Below the pieces are notes generated by a model that was not told the origin of the DNA, did not search any database, and was given only the letters and a program-made list of their open reading frames with translations. This document shows, one piece after another, positions 1-9,604 of a stretch of 64,000 nucleotides of DNA (its first letter is position 1; each line of letters starts with the position of its first letter). Both the position numbers and the translations under genes were made by a program. This DNA comes from Planctomycetaceae bacterium (GTDB lineage: Bacteria; Planctomycetota; Planctomycetia; Pirellulales; UBA1268), in the NCBI GenBank assembly GCA_021300535.1, contig JAJTED010000019.1:6367-70366 (forward strand), read 5' to 3'.

Positions 1-777
1 GGGGCCGACGTCGCTGCGCTGCGGCCCGGCATGCGAGTCTGGGGCTCCAATCAGGGCCTGCTCGGCCGCCAGGGCACGTTCGCCGAACTGGCCGCCGTCG
101 ATGAGCGGTGGCTCTATCCCACGCCCGACGGCGTTGCCGATCGCGACGCGGCCGCGGCCGCGCTCGTCTCGATCACGGCCCACCTGGGGCTGGTGAGCCA
201 TGCGGCCCTCGGTGCCGGTGAGACGCTGTTCGTCAACGGCGGGTCGGGGGGCGTGGGCACCGCCGTCGTGCAGATCGCCCGCGCCCTCGGCGCTCGCGTG
301 CTGGCGACGGCGGGCACCGAGGCGAAGCGGGCGGCGCTGCTGCGACTCGGTGCCGCGGCCGTCTTCGACTACCGCCGTGACGATCTCGTGGCAGCCGTGC
401 GGGCGGCGGCGCCGGAGGGCGTGAACGTCTACTGGGAGACGCAGCGGGAGCCCGCCTTCGACCAGGCGGTGGCCATGCTCGGCGATCGCGGGCGGATGGT
501 GGTCATGGCCGGTCGTGACGCCCGCCCGCCGTTTCCGGTGGGGCCGTTCTACGTGAAGGGCTGCAGCCTGCACGGCTTCGCGATGTTCAAGGCCGACTGC
601 CACGAGCAGGCGGCGGCCGCCGCCGACATCAACCGCTGGCTGGCCGCCGGAAAATTGCGGGTGCCGATCGACCGCGTGCTGCCGCTGGCCGCGACGGCGG
701 AGGGGCATGCTCTCCAGGAGGCCAACACCATTTCCCGCACGGGGGTGTTGGCGGGCAAGATCGTGGTCGAGCCATGA
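1..777 (+). CDS. NADPH:quinone oxidoreductase / zinc-type alcohol dehydrogenase family protein; 5' end lies outside the window
   Basis: The frame is open from base 1. It has a Rossmann segment with a GGSGGVGTAVVQIA nucleotide-binding loop and the C-terminal pattern of MDR-family quinone reductases. Its stop overlaps the next start (ATGA at 774-777). Confidence 0.7.
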   Translation, partial: GADVAALRPGMRVWGSNQGLLGRQGTFAELAAVDERWLYPTPDGVADRDAAAAALVSITAHLGLVSHAALGAGETLFVNGGSGGVGTAVVQIARALGARVLATAGTEAKRAALLRLGAAAVFDYRRDDLVAAVRAAAPEGVNVYWETQREPAFDQAVAMLGDRGRMVVMAGRDARPPFPVGPFYVKGCSLHGFAMFKADCHEQAAAAADINRWLAAGKLRVPIDRVLPLAATAEGHALQEANTISRTGVLAGKIVVEP

Positions 778-1403
778 TTGCAAGTCGGCCCACGGCCTGC
801 ATCCTCATGGCCGCGACGCTGACGCTGGCCGCGTGGTCGGCGGTCTGGGCGGCGGCTCCGCGGTCGCCGGGCGTGCGGACGGGAATCTTCGGCCTCGAAG
901 CGCAGGGCAATCGGTTCGTCTACGTCTTCGACCGTTCGGCCAGCATGGGCGAGCCGGACGGCAGGCCCCTGGCGGTCGCCAAGCAGGAACTGCTGGCGAG
1001 CCTCGATGCCCTCGGGGAGAACCAGCAGTTTCATGTCATCTTCTACAACGAGCGGCCCGTGGTGTTCGCACCGGCCGCGGGCCGGGGGCGACCGATCTTC
1101 GCCAGCGACGAGAACCGACAGGCGGCGCGGCGGTTCGTCGCGGGAATTGCCGCCGCCGGCGGCACGCGACACTACGAGGCCCTCGCCGCGGCGATCAGGC
1201 TCGCGCCGGACACGATCTTCGTGCTCACCGACGCCACGGCCGCAGACGATCTGGCCGAGGACGAGCTCGAATGGCTGACGCGGGCCGCGGGGGCGACGCG
1301 GATCATGGTCGTGCAGTTTGGCGGCGACGATCGCCGCTCACCACGCTTGGCCCGCCTCGCTGCGGCGACCGGCGGAACCTACAAGGCGGTTGCGGCGCCG
1401 TGA
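774..1403 (+). CDS. secreted von Willebrand factor A (vWA) domain protein
   Basis: Hydrophobic signal-like N-terminus, a MIDAS-like DRSASM motif and a vWA-type alternating beta/alpha pattern. It is translationally coupled to the upstream gene. Confidence 0.6.
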   Translation: MIASRPTACILMAATLTLAAWSAVWAAAPRSPGVRTGIFGLEAQGNRFVYVFDRSASMGEPDGRPLAVAKQELLASLDALGENQQFHVIFYNERPVVFAPAAGRGRPIFASDENRQAARRFVAGIAAAGGTRHYEALAAAIRLAPDTIFVLTDATAADDLAEDELEWLTRAAGATRIMVVQFGGDDRRSPRLARLAAATGGTYKAVAAP

Positions 1404-1419
1404 ACCGCCGGCGTGCCGG

Positions 1420-2820
1420 TCACGGCTGGTAGCTAGGGTCGTCGGTCGCGACCGCCTCGTCGAAGCGGTCTGCGGTGTCGCGCGGCTGCCGACCGCCGCC
1501 GGTCATGGCGTCGATGCCGGCCGCGAGTTTCGGGAACATCGCTCCGAGGCCGCGCGGGCCGGTGGTCGTCGCCTGGCGGGTGCTGGGCGGTGTGGGCTGC
1601 CGCCGCGGCTGGACGGGCTGCTGCTGGCGACTCTGCGGCGCCGGCTGCGGTCGCGTTGTGGGGCGGGCCTGCTGGGCCGAGCGCTGCTGGGCCGTCGGCT
1701 TCGGCTTGGACTGGGCCGTGGCACTCTGGCGGACGGGCGGCAGGTTGGCCACGTCGGGCTGCTGGGGAGCGGTCGGCGGCTGCGCGGCCGGCGGCTCGGC
1801 GAAGCCGGCATCGGCCTGCAACGCGATCCGCTCGGGAACGACGAGGTAGCGGGTGATGCCGTCGCGGGGCTTGCGGGCCGGCGCGTCGGCGACAGGAGTG
1901 GCCGCCATGGGTTCGACGGCGGGCGCGGCCGTGCCATTGGCCGGCGTCGTGACGGACTGGGCTGCCACCACCGACTCGATGCCCGCGTCTGCCGGCGGCG
2001 GCGTGTCGGCGGGCGTCGGCTCGCCCGGCAGCGGCTCAGCGACCGTGGGCTCGCCGCTCGCGGCGACGGGCAGCGACGGCGGGTCATCAGCAACGGGGGG
2101 CGATTCAACCGGCACGGCGATCGGCTCCACGGAGACCGGCACCGACTCCGCGTCCACCGCCGTGGCCGAGACGGCCACCCGTGCCGCGGTCGAGTCGACC
2201 GGCGTGCCGGTCGCCGGTGTCGTGACGACGTCGGCCGGAGGGGACGGCGGCGGGGCCACGTCGGGCGAGGTGGCCTGCGGCGGGGCGACGATGGCCGGAT
2301 GGTCCATGGCGACCGGGGCCGGCGCAGCGGGCGGAGTCGAGCCTGGCATGGCCGCGGGTGCAGGTGTCCAGAGGTCCGCCTCCACCGGCCTGGCGACCGG
2401 CGCCGCTGGCGTCGGAAGCGTGAATGTCGTGTCCGTCAGCGGGGCGTCGGTGTGGGCCATCTGGCCGGCCCGCATCAGTTGCACGGTGAGCAGCGGCTGG
2501 CCTTCGCGGAGCGGATGCCGCAGCACACAGCCCTCGAAAGAATCCTCGGCCCGCAACGCCGTCAGCGGCAGCATCGCCTTCGGCCAGTCGCGCAGGGCCA
2601 CGTCCCAAATCGTGATCGGCGATCCTTGCGGCAGCGATCGCAGCGCCACGAAGATCGGCTCGCTCTCGACCTGGGGTTTCTTTTGCGCGAGATGGACGTC
2701 GAGCGCCTGGTTGATGCCCACGGCCGCCGCTGCACCCGCGACGAACGCCGCCAGGAACACGGTGAGACCCTTGGGGCGGTGCCGCTTGGACTGCGGTGCT
2801 GCGGTGGACGCTTGGTGCAT
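1420..2820 (-). CDS. SAF-domain (CpaB/FlgA-like) membrane protein with a long Pro/Ala/Thr-rich tail
   Basis: One TM helix (VFLAAFVAGAAAAVGI) is followed by a SAF-like segment (IFVALRSLPQGSPITIWDV...LREGQPLL). The remaining ~330 aa are low complexity. I chose the ATG at 2820 rather than the upstream ORF start at 2988. Confidence 0.5.
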   Translation of the reverse strand: MHQASTAAPQSKRHRPKGLTVFLAAFVAGAAAAVGINQALDVHLAQKKPQVESEPIFVALRSLPQGSPITIWDVALRDWPKAMLPLTALRAEDSFEGCVLRHPLREGQPLLTVQLMRAGQMAHTDAPLTDTTFTLPTPAAPVARPVEADLWTPAPAAMPGSTPPAAPAPVAMDHPAIVAPPQATSPDVAPPPSPPADVVTTPATGTPVDSTAARVAVSATAVDAESVPVSVEPIAVPVESPPVADDPPSLPVAASGEPTVAEPLPGEPTPADTPPPADAGIESVVAAQSVTTPANGTAAPAVEPMAATPVADAPARKPRDGITRYLVVPERIALQADAGFAEPPAAQPPTAPQQPDVANLPPVRQSATAQSKPKPTAQQRSAQQARPTTRPQPAPQSRQQQPVQPRRQPTPPSTRQATTTGPRGLGAMFPKLAAGIDAMTGGGRQPRDTADRFDEAVATDDPSYQP

Positions 2821-3015
2821 GGGTCGATCCCTGGCCGGCTTGTGGTCCGCCCGGAAGCGACGGCACCACGAAGAGGAATCGGCACATCCGGCCGACCATG
2901 TCCGCCGCGGTCGCGGCGCCGGGAACCGCTTGCCGCGCCCCCGCAGATTGCCGCAGGCGCATCGATCCGCCGGCCGGCAGGTTTTCACCAGTTTGCCCGG
3001 ACGCCCGGTGCCGGA

Positions 3016-3981
3016 TCAGCGAATCTCGAGCACGTCAGCCTCATCGCCGGTGGCCGTCGATGTGGTGGCGTCGAACATCGGATCGACGGCCGGCCCGAGG
3101 GGCCGGATCGCCAGCAGGCGGAGCGTCGAGCGGTTGCCGCCCTGGTCGCGGAGCAACGCGTCGCCGAGCGTCGCTCCCTTCTCATCGGCGCAGCCCACGA
3201 CGAGCAGCCCGCCCGCCCGCAGCTCGACGCCCAGCGCCAAGTCGTCCCGGCGATGCCGGCGCTGACCGGCCTCCATGCGGAACATCCCGTCCTCCCCGAC
3301 CCACGACCGTTCCAGGGGGCCGTGCTTGATCTCCGGCACGAGTTCGATCCGCACGCGGCCGTCCGCCGCAGGCCGCACCTTCAACTCGAACAGGCCGGTG
3401 GCATCGCGGAACGTGCCGCCACGCACCTGCCCGTCTCCCGTCTCCAGGAGGACCAGGTCCGCGATGCCGGTGGCCGCGAGGATCTCGCTGCGGCGGCCGG
3501 GCAGGAGCCGCAGCAGTCGGTGGGTGAGCGGCGACTCGGCCGCCGCCACGTCGGACGTGGTCGCCGGTGCGGCTCGGCCGGGCAGGATCCGCTCCGCGAG
3601 GTGCGGCGGAAGATCACCGGTCACGATGCCGACACGGAGCCCGTTGGCAGCCAGCCGCCGGCGCAGGGCGTCGTCGATGGCCTGCTCGTCGACCTCCTGC
3701 CACAGTTCCTCGCGGCAGGCGGCATCGTGCTCCTCGAACCGGGCGAAGATGAGTTCGACCGGGATCGTCCGCGGCGCCGGCTTGGCCGCCGCGGTGTCGG
3801 TGCCGACCGGCGCCGGGCCGGCATCACGCGGCGCGGTCAGCGACAGGCAGCCTGGCGTGCAGGCCAGCAGGCAGAGGCAGGCCCACGGTGCCAGCGAGCG
3901 GATCGAACCGGGCCGTCCGGTTCGTCCGTGGGGCGGAGATACTCGCCCCCAGATAAGTCTTGGATGGACCGCGCCGCGCAT
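3016..3981 (-). CDS. hypothetical lipoprotein
   Basis: Lipobox-like LLAC after a hydrophobic stretch, and non-repetitive composition typical of real coding. I recognised no family. The start is uncertain (ORF extends to 4020). Confidence 0.45.
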   Translation of the reverse strand: MRGAVHPRLIWGRVSPPHGRTGRPGSIRSLAPWACLCLLACTPGCLSLTAPRDAGPAPVGTDTAAAKPAPRTIPVELIFARFEEHDAACREELWQEVDEQAIDDALRRRLAANGLRVGIVTGDLPPHLAERILPGRAAPATTSDVAAAESPLTHRLLRLLPGRRSEILAATGIADLVLLETGDGQVRGGTFRDATGLFELKVRPAADGRVRIELVPEIKHGPLERSWVGEDGMFRMEAGQRRHRRDDLALGVELRAGGLLVVGCADEKGATLGDALLRDQGGNRSTLRLLAIRPLGPAVDPMFDATTSTATGDEADVLEIR

Positions 3982-4049
3982 GGGACGAACCGCCGGGGCC
4001 GGGAGGGGGCGGAGATTCAAGGGGCCCGAGGCCGGCGCGTCAACAGAGG

Positions 4050-4817
4050 TTATGACACGGCTTTCACGGCATTGACGAACATGGCCAGCCCCGCGCCGGC
4101 GGCCGCTGGATCGAGCCGGCCCGCCCAGGCGGGGTGCTGCGTCGCGTCCACGAACCGCTCGGGGTGCGGCATGAGCCCGAGCACGCGGCCGCTCGAGTCG
4201 CAGGCCCCGGCCACGTCGCCCTCGGCGCCGTTGGGATTGGATGGAGTGCCATCCGCGCCGACCGCGTAGCGGAGGACGAGCTGGCCGGCCGCGTCGAGGG
4301 CCGTGAAGTCGGCCGGCGAGCGGGCTACGAACCGGCCCTCCCCATGAGCGATGGGCAGTTCGAACCGGCCGAGGCCCTGGAGGAAGACGCAGTTGCCGGG
4401 AATCGCCCGCAGGCTCACCCAGCGATCAACAAATCGGCCCGAGCGGTTATGCGCCAGCGATGCCAGCGGGGCACCGGTCGCGGCGTCGGCGAGCAGCAGG
4501 CCGGTCTGGAGGAGCACCTGGAAGCCGTTGCAGATGCCGAGCACGAGGCCGCCGCGATCGCGGAACCGCACGAGCGCGTCGGCCAGCCGGGTGCGAATCT
4601 CGAGGGCGAAGATCCGGCCGCTGGCGATGTCGTCTCCGTAGGAGAAGCCGCCGGGGATGCAGAGGATCTGGAAGTCGTCGGCCGCCGCCGGTTTCTCGGC
4701 GAGCGCCCGGACGTGCATCCGACGGGCCAGGCCGCCGGCCCGCTCGAAGGCGAAGGCCGTCTCGTGGTCGCAGTTGGTGCCGGGGGCACGGAGGACGAGG
4801 GCGCGGGGCGCGAGCAT
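4050..4817 (-). CDS. purQ: phosphoribosylformylglycinamidine synthase subunit PurQ (glutaminase)
   Basis: Shows PGTNCDHE, GGFSYGDD, GICNGFQ (nucleophile Cys) and HGEG/HPER motifs. The ATG at 4815-4817 lies 1 nt after the purL stop. The longer ORF to 5255 overlaps purL and is not used. Confidence 0.9.
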   Translation of the reverse strand: MLAPRALVLRAPGTNCDHETAFAFERAGGLARRMHVRALAEKPAAADDFQILCIPGGFSYGDDIASGRIFALEIRTRLADALVRFRDRGGLVLGICNGFQVLLQTGLLLADAATGAPLASLAHNRSGRFVDRWVSLRAIPGNCVFLQGLGRFELPIAHGEGRFVARSPADFTALDAAGQLVLRYAVGADGTPSNPNGAEGDVAGACDSSGRVLGLMPHPERFVDATQHPAWAGRLDPAAAGAGLAMFVNAVKAVS

Positions 4818-4818
4818 G

Positions 4819-7566
4819 TCAGGTCTCCTCTCTCCGCCAGGCGCGGGCGAGGCGGTCGATCGCGATCCGCTCCACGCCGCCGCCGCCGCCGGCGATCTCC
4901 AGTTCGGGCGTCTCCACGACTGAGCCGATCCAGGCCCAGGGCACCGCGCCGAGCGTCCGCGCGAACGCCTCGGCATGCTCGGGCCGCACCTCGCAGATGA
5001 AGCGGCCCGGCGTCTCGGCAAAGGCGACGGCATGGTCGTGGCCGGCCGTGTCGGTAACGCATGGCACCGCCGCGAGTTCGAGCCGGGCGCCCGCCTGACC
5101 GGCGATCGCCATCTCGGCCACGGCCACGGCCAGACCGCCATCGGAGCAGTCGTGGCAGGATTGCAGGAGCCCCGCGCGGCCGGCGGCGGCCACGGCGCGG
5201 CAGGCGGACCGACAGGCCTCGACATCGACGGTGGGCAGGCGGCCGCCGCTGACATGACCGGCCAACTCCAGCTGGCTGCCCTGCATGTCGGCGGCCGTGA
5301 GGCCGACGATCGCCAGCCGGTTGCCGGCGGCCTTGAGGTCGGGCGTCACCGCCCGGCGGACGTCATCCAGCTGTCCCAGGGCCGTGGCGAGGAGCGTCGG
5401 CGGGATCGAGATCTCGCGGGCGACGCCGGCGGCGTCGGTCCAGGCGAAGACGTTATTGAGGCTGTCCTTGCCGCTCACGAAGGGGGCTGCGAAGGCGACG
5501 GCCGTGTCGTGGCAGCCGCGGCAGGCCTCGACGAGCGTGCCGAGCGACTCCTCACGCCGCGTGTCGCCCAGCACGCCGCGGACCACCGTGCCATCGGCGG
5601 GGCCGGCGCCGGGACCGAGCAACGGTTTGACCACCGAGCAGCCCTGCACCTCGTGGTCGTACTGGCGGATGATCCATTCCTTGCTGGCCACGTCGGGGAG
5701 GGCCAGCACGTCGAGCAGGCAGTCGGCGACGCCGCCGGTCGTCCGCCAGGCGACGGGTGGGTCGGCTGCCCGCGCGAACGACGACGTGAGCCGTTGCTTC
5801 GGCCGGCCTTCGTGCAGAAAGTGGCAGTCGAGTTCGCCGGCCAGGTGCTCGTGCCAGCGGAGGACGAGGCGGCCCGTGCCGGTGAACGTGCCGATCGCCG
5901 TCACCTCCACGCCCTCGGCGGCGGCGACGGCCGCGAGCTCCGGCCAGGCGTCAGCCGCGACCGCGAGCACCATCCGCTCCTGCGCCTCCGAGATCCACAC
6001 CTCCGTCGCCGACAGGCCGTCGTACTTGAGCGGCACCGTGTCGAGCCGGACGTCGGCACCGAGCACCGCGGCCATCTCGCCGACGGCGCTCGACAGGCCG
6101 CCGGCGCCGCAGTCGGTGATGGCGTGAAACAGCTGCCGCTGCGCCGCTTCGAGGACGAAGTCGGTGAGCATCTTCTCGTTGATCGCGTGGCCGATCTGCA
6201 CCGCGCCTCCCGACTGGCTCTCGCTGGTGCTCGACAGTTCGATGCTGGAGAAGGTGGCGCCGTGGATGCCGTCGCGGCCGGTGCGGCCGCCGGCCACCAC
6301 CACCAGGTCGCCGGGCTGCACGGCCGCCTCGGCGTGGCCGCGGGGCATGATGCCGACGGTGCCGCAGAACACCAGCGGGTTGCCGAGGTAGCCGGGATCG
6401 TAGGCCACGGCGCCGGCGATCGTGGGGATGCCCATGCGGTTGCCGTAGTCGCGGACGCCGGCCACCACGCCCGCCAGGAGCCGCCGCGGATGGATCACAC
6501 CCGGCGGCAGGTCGGCGGCGGGAGTGTCGGTGGGCGCCACGCAGAACACGTCGAGGTTCGCGATCGGCTTGGCACCGAGGCCCGTGCCGAGCACGTCGCG
6601 GATCACGCCGCCGAGCCCCGTGGCGGCGCCGCCGTAGGGCTCGATGGCGGAGGGATGGTTGTGGGTCTCGACTTTCACGCACACGTCGTGATCGCCGTCG
6701 AACCGCACCACGCCCGAGTTGTCCTTGAACACGCTCACGCACCAGTCGCCCGCGCCGAGCGCCGCGCGGATCGAGCGGGTGGCCGCGAACACCGTCTCCT
6801 TCAGCAGATTGTCATACGACGCGGGGCCCGCCGGGCCGACGTGGTCGACCGCGCTGCCGAGCGTCTTGTGGCAGCAGTGCTCGCTCCAGGTTTGGGCGAT
6901 CGTCTCCAGCTCGATCTCGCGGGGCGGACGACCGAGCGTGCGGAAGTGATCGCGGACCGCGTGCAACTCCCGCACGGTGAGCGCCAGGCACTTCTCGCGG
7001 CTCAAGGTCGCGAGGGCCGCGTCGTCGAGGCCCTCGAGGTCGATCGTCGTCTGCTGGAAGGTCCAGGGGCGGCCGCCGGCGAGCGTCCGCAGCGGCAGCG
7101 GGCCGATGACGACGTCGTGGATCGCCTCGCTGGCCAGGAGCTTCCAGGCCAGCCGCTCGGCGTCGGCGGCGGGCAGTCGCGGCAGCCAATACTTCCGCAC
7201 GCTGCGAACCGCGGCGGGCCGCAGGCCCAAGACCGCGAAGGCCTCGCGGGCGGTCTGGGCGCTGGGATCGGTGACGCCGGGCCGGGGGAGGACGTGCACG
7301 ACGGTTGGCAGGTCGTCCGGTCCGGCGATGAGCGCGGCGGCACCCGCCTCCGCGGCGGTAAACGACTCCACCACCGGATCGACGAGCACCTGCGCCGCGA
7401 GCTTTTCCACGTCGGCCCGCGACAGGTCGCCCTCGATGAGCCAGCCCGCCGCCGTCCGCGCCTGCGTGCACCCGGCGATCCCGAGCTCGGCCGCTCCCGC
7501 CACGACGGCGCGGGCGGCATGGTCGCCGTCTTTGTCCCGCGGATGGACGTCAACTTCCCACAGCAT
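4819..7566 (-). CDS. purL: phosphoribosylformylglycinamidine synthase subunit PurL with two N-terminal PurS-like modules; possible in-frame internal loss
   Basis: Shows [43 protein letters not shown] and SGKDSLNN motifs. The start MLWEVDV is at 7566. The second AIR-synthase-like half jumps from [10 protein letters not shown] directly to [12 protein letters not shown] (see findings). Confidence 0.85.
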   Translation of the reverse strand: MLWEVDVHPRDKDGDHAARAVVAGAAELGIAGCTQARTAAGWLIEGDLSRADVEKLAAQVLVDPVVESFTAAEAGAAALIAGPDDLPTVVHVLPRPGVTDPSAQTAREAFAVLGLRPAAVRSVRKYWLPRLPAADAERLAWKLLASEAIHDVVIGPLPLRTLAGGRPWTFQQTTIDLEGLDDAALATLSREKCLALTVRELHAVRDHFRTLGRPPREIELETIAQTWSEHCCHKTLGSAVDHVGPAGPASYDNLLKETVFAATRSIRAALGAGDWCVSVFKDNSGVVRFDGDHDVCVKVETHNHPSAIEPYGGAATGLGGVIRDVLGTGLGAKPIANLDVFCVAPTDTPAADLPPGVIHPRRLLAGVVAGVRDYGNRMGIPTIAGAVAYDPGYLGNPLVFCGTVGIMPRGHAEAAVQPGDLVVVAGGRTGRDGIHGATFSSIELSSTSESQSGGAVQIGHAINEKMLTDFVLEAAQRQLFHAITDCGAGGLSSAVGEMAAVLGADVRLDTVPLKYDGLSATEVWISEAQERMVLAVAADAWPELAAVAAAEGVEVTAIGTFTGTGRLVLRWHEHLAGELDCHFLHEGRPKQRLTSSFARAADPPVAWRTTGGVADCLLDVLALPDVASKEWIIRQYDHEVQGCSVVKPLLGPGAGPADGTVVRGVLGDTRREESLGTLVEACRGCHDTAVAFAAPFVSGKDSLNNVFAWTDAAGVAREISIPPTLLATALGQLDDVRRAVTPDLKAAGNRLAIVGLTAADMQGSQLELAGHVSGGRLPTVDVEACRSACRAVAAAGRAGLLQSCHDCSDGGLAVAVAEMAIAGQAGARLELAAVPCVTDTAGHDHAVAFAETPGRFICEVRPEHAEAFARTLGAVPWAWIGSVVETPELEIAGGGGGVERIAIDRLARAWRREET

Positions 7567-8276
7567 CGCGAACTTCCTTGGCACGGTTGAGGAGCGTGGC
7601 GAGCCGGCGGCGGTCGCCGGCTTCGATGGCCGCGAGCATCTTCTCGGCGGCGCCGGCGACCCGCCGCAGGGCGTCGGCCACGGGGCCGGCGTTGTCGAGG
7701 ATGATGTCGGCCCAGAGCTCGGGGTCACCGGCCGCGATCCGCGTGGTGTCGCGCCAGCCGCCGGCCGTGAACCGCCCAGAAGCCACCCGCATCCTCGACG
7801 TCGGCCGCCGGGGTGCGCGGCGCCGGCGTGACGATGGCGACGCGGCCCGCGAACAGCCCGGCGTCGGCGGCGGCGGGGCCGCGGCGGTGGCTGCCGGCGA
7901 GCGGGTGCCCGCCCACGAACCGGCCGCGGCGGGTGCGCCGCGTGCGCTCCCATGCCGACACAATGCTGGCCTTCGTGCTGCCGGCGTCGGTGATCAGCGT
8001 GCCGGGCGCGACCGCGGCGTCGATCGCTTCGAGGAGGCCCGGGATGGCCGCCACGCCGGCGGTGACGACGACGAGTTCGGCCGCGGCGACCCCCGCGGCC
8101 AGGTCGCGCGTGGTCTCCGTGACGGCGCCGTGCCGGCGGGCCTCGGCGAGCGAGGCGGCCGACCGGCCGACGCCGATGATGCGCTCCGCCAGCCGTCGTG
8201 CCTGGAGGGCCTTGCCGATCGAGCCGCCGATGAGTCCCACGCCCACGATCGCGACGGACTGCCAGTGGACTTTCAT
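7550..8276 (-). pseudogene. tyrA: prephenate/arogenate dehydrogenase, split over two frames and lacking the central conserved block
   Basis: The N-terminal frame (8276 down to ~7776) has VAIVGVGLIGGS and GGHPLAGS. The C-terminal frame (~7771 down to 7550) has GGWRDTTRIAAGDPELW. The junction reads ttc tgg g cgg ttc. The HD...SHLPH region expected between the two parts is absent. Confidence 0.7.
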
Positions 8277-8418
8277 GGGCGGCGAGCAATGACGCGGCGG
8301 ACGGGAGCCGAGATTTTTACCAGATGGTGCAGGGGTGTGTTAGTGTCGAGAGGCCAGCCGCGGGGAAACCGGACCGGCCCGCGGATGCGGAGCGACGCGA
8401 CACCGAAGAGAGCGGGAG

Positions 8419-9450
8419 ATGGGTGCCACGGGGCGGATGTCCGATCGACAACTAGCCGACGTCCTCGGCCGGCTCGCGACTGCCTTGGCGGCGGGCATCG
8501 ACATGCGGCGGGCGTGGGCTGCGGAGACATCCCGAGTGCCGCACCGCTGGCGGCCGGCGATGGAGGCCGTCGCCAGTGGGATCGCCGCCGGTGACGGCCT
8601 GGCGCTGGCCATGCAGCGGGCGGGCGGCGCGTTTCCGCCGCTGGTCCGCGGGCTCGTCGCGGTCGGCGACGCGGGCGGCCGTGACGCCGAGGCGCTCCGC
8701 GACGTGGCCGCGGCGCTCGAAAGGGGCATCCGCGGGCGGCGCGAACTGCGGGCCGCGCTGGCCGGGCCCGCGCTGCGGCTGGTGATGGCCCTCGCCGCGA
8801 TCAGCGTGCTGATCCTGGTCAATGGCGCGATCACCGATCTCGACGGCAAGGCCGTGGACATCCTCGGGCTCGGCCTCACCGGACGGGCGGGGGCGATCCG
8901 CTTCCTGACCGCCGTCGCCGGGGTCGTGGTGCTCGCCGTGCTGGCCTGGCCGCTCCTGGCCCGGAGCTGGGCCGACCACGGGCTGGCGCGCACGATCGCC
9001 GCGCGGATTCCCATCCTCGGACCCGCGGTGCGCAGCGCCGAGGCGGCGGCATGGTGCAAGGCTGCTGGGCTGGCGAGCCATGCCGGTCTCGATGCCGGTC
9101 GGCTGGTCGGCCTGGCGTCGTCCGCGGCACCGGGCCTGCGGATCGCCGCCGGCCGGGTCGAGGAGCGGCTCCGCGGCGGTGCGACGCTCGACGAGGCGCT
9201 CGCCGCCGAGGGGCGGCTGCCGCGAACGGTGCTGGAGGCCGTGGCGGTCGGGGAGATGACGGGCACGACGGCGGAGTCGCTCGACCGCCTCGCCGGCCGG
9301 CTCGACGAGGAGGCGCGAGCGGGGTTCACCGCCGCCGTGGGGGCGGTCGGGTTTATCGCCTGGGCGGCGGTGGCGGGCCTCGTCGCCCTGGTCGTCTTCC
9401 GGTTCGGCTCCTTTTACGCGGGCATCCTCAACCAGGCGCGGACTTTGTGA
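8419..9450 (+). CDS. type II secretion system F (GspF/PilC) family membrane protein, divergent
   Basis: Two repeats of the T2SSF pattern: a soluble helical segment ending in GE(M)TG..ESL..LA, followed by TM helices. The ATG is preceded by a gagcgggag SD-like sequence. Confidence 0.6.
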   Translation: MGATGRMSDRQLADVLGRLATALAAGIDMRRAWAAETSRVPHRWRPAMEAVASGIAAGDGLALAMQRAGGAFPPLVRGLVAVGDAGGRDAEALRDVAAALERGIRGRRELRAALAGPALRLVMALAAISVLILVNGAITDLDGKAVDILGLGLTGRAGAIRFLTAVAGVVVLAVLAWPLLARSWADHGLARTIAARIPILGPAVRSAEAAAWCKAAGLASHAGLDAGRLVGLASSAAPGLRIAAGRVEERLRGGATLDEALAAEGRLPRTVLEAVAVGEMTGTTAESLDRLAGRLDEEARAGFTAAVGAVGFIAWAAVAGLVALVVFRFGSFYAGILNQARTL

Positions 9451-9604
9451 ATCCCCGGCCGCGGGCTCAAGACGACATGGCGTGCGGGGACGATAATGGT
9501 TTCGGCCCGCATCCATGCCTCCGCTTGCTTCCAGAGCCCGGTGCCATGGCAGGGACGCCCCCTCCCGGATCTTTGCACCTCCGAACTGCTCGTCACGAAC
9601 GATC

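Noticed and set aside
1318-4269. 983-aa plus-strand ORF, the longest in this part of the track
   Set aside because: It is extremely Arg/Gly/Pro-rich and low complexity, has no recognisable domain, and lies antisense to three better-supported minus-strand genes. This is typical of stop-codon-poor off-frames in ~70% GC DNA.
4818-5255. N-terminal 146-aa extension of the purQ ORF (4050..5255)
   Set aside because: The extension overlaps the purL 3' end and has junk composition. The conserved PurQ N-terminus (MLAPRALVLRAPGTNCD) begins at the ATG at 4817, directly after the purL stop.
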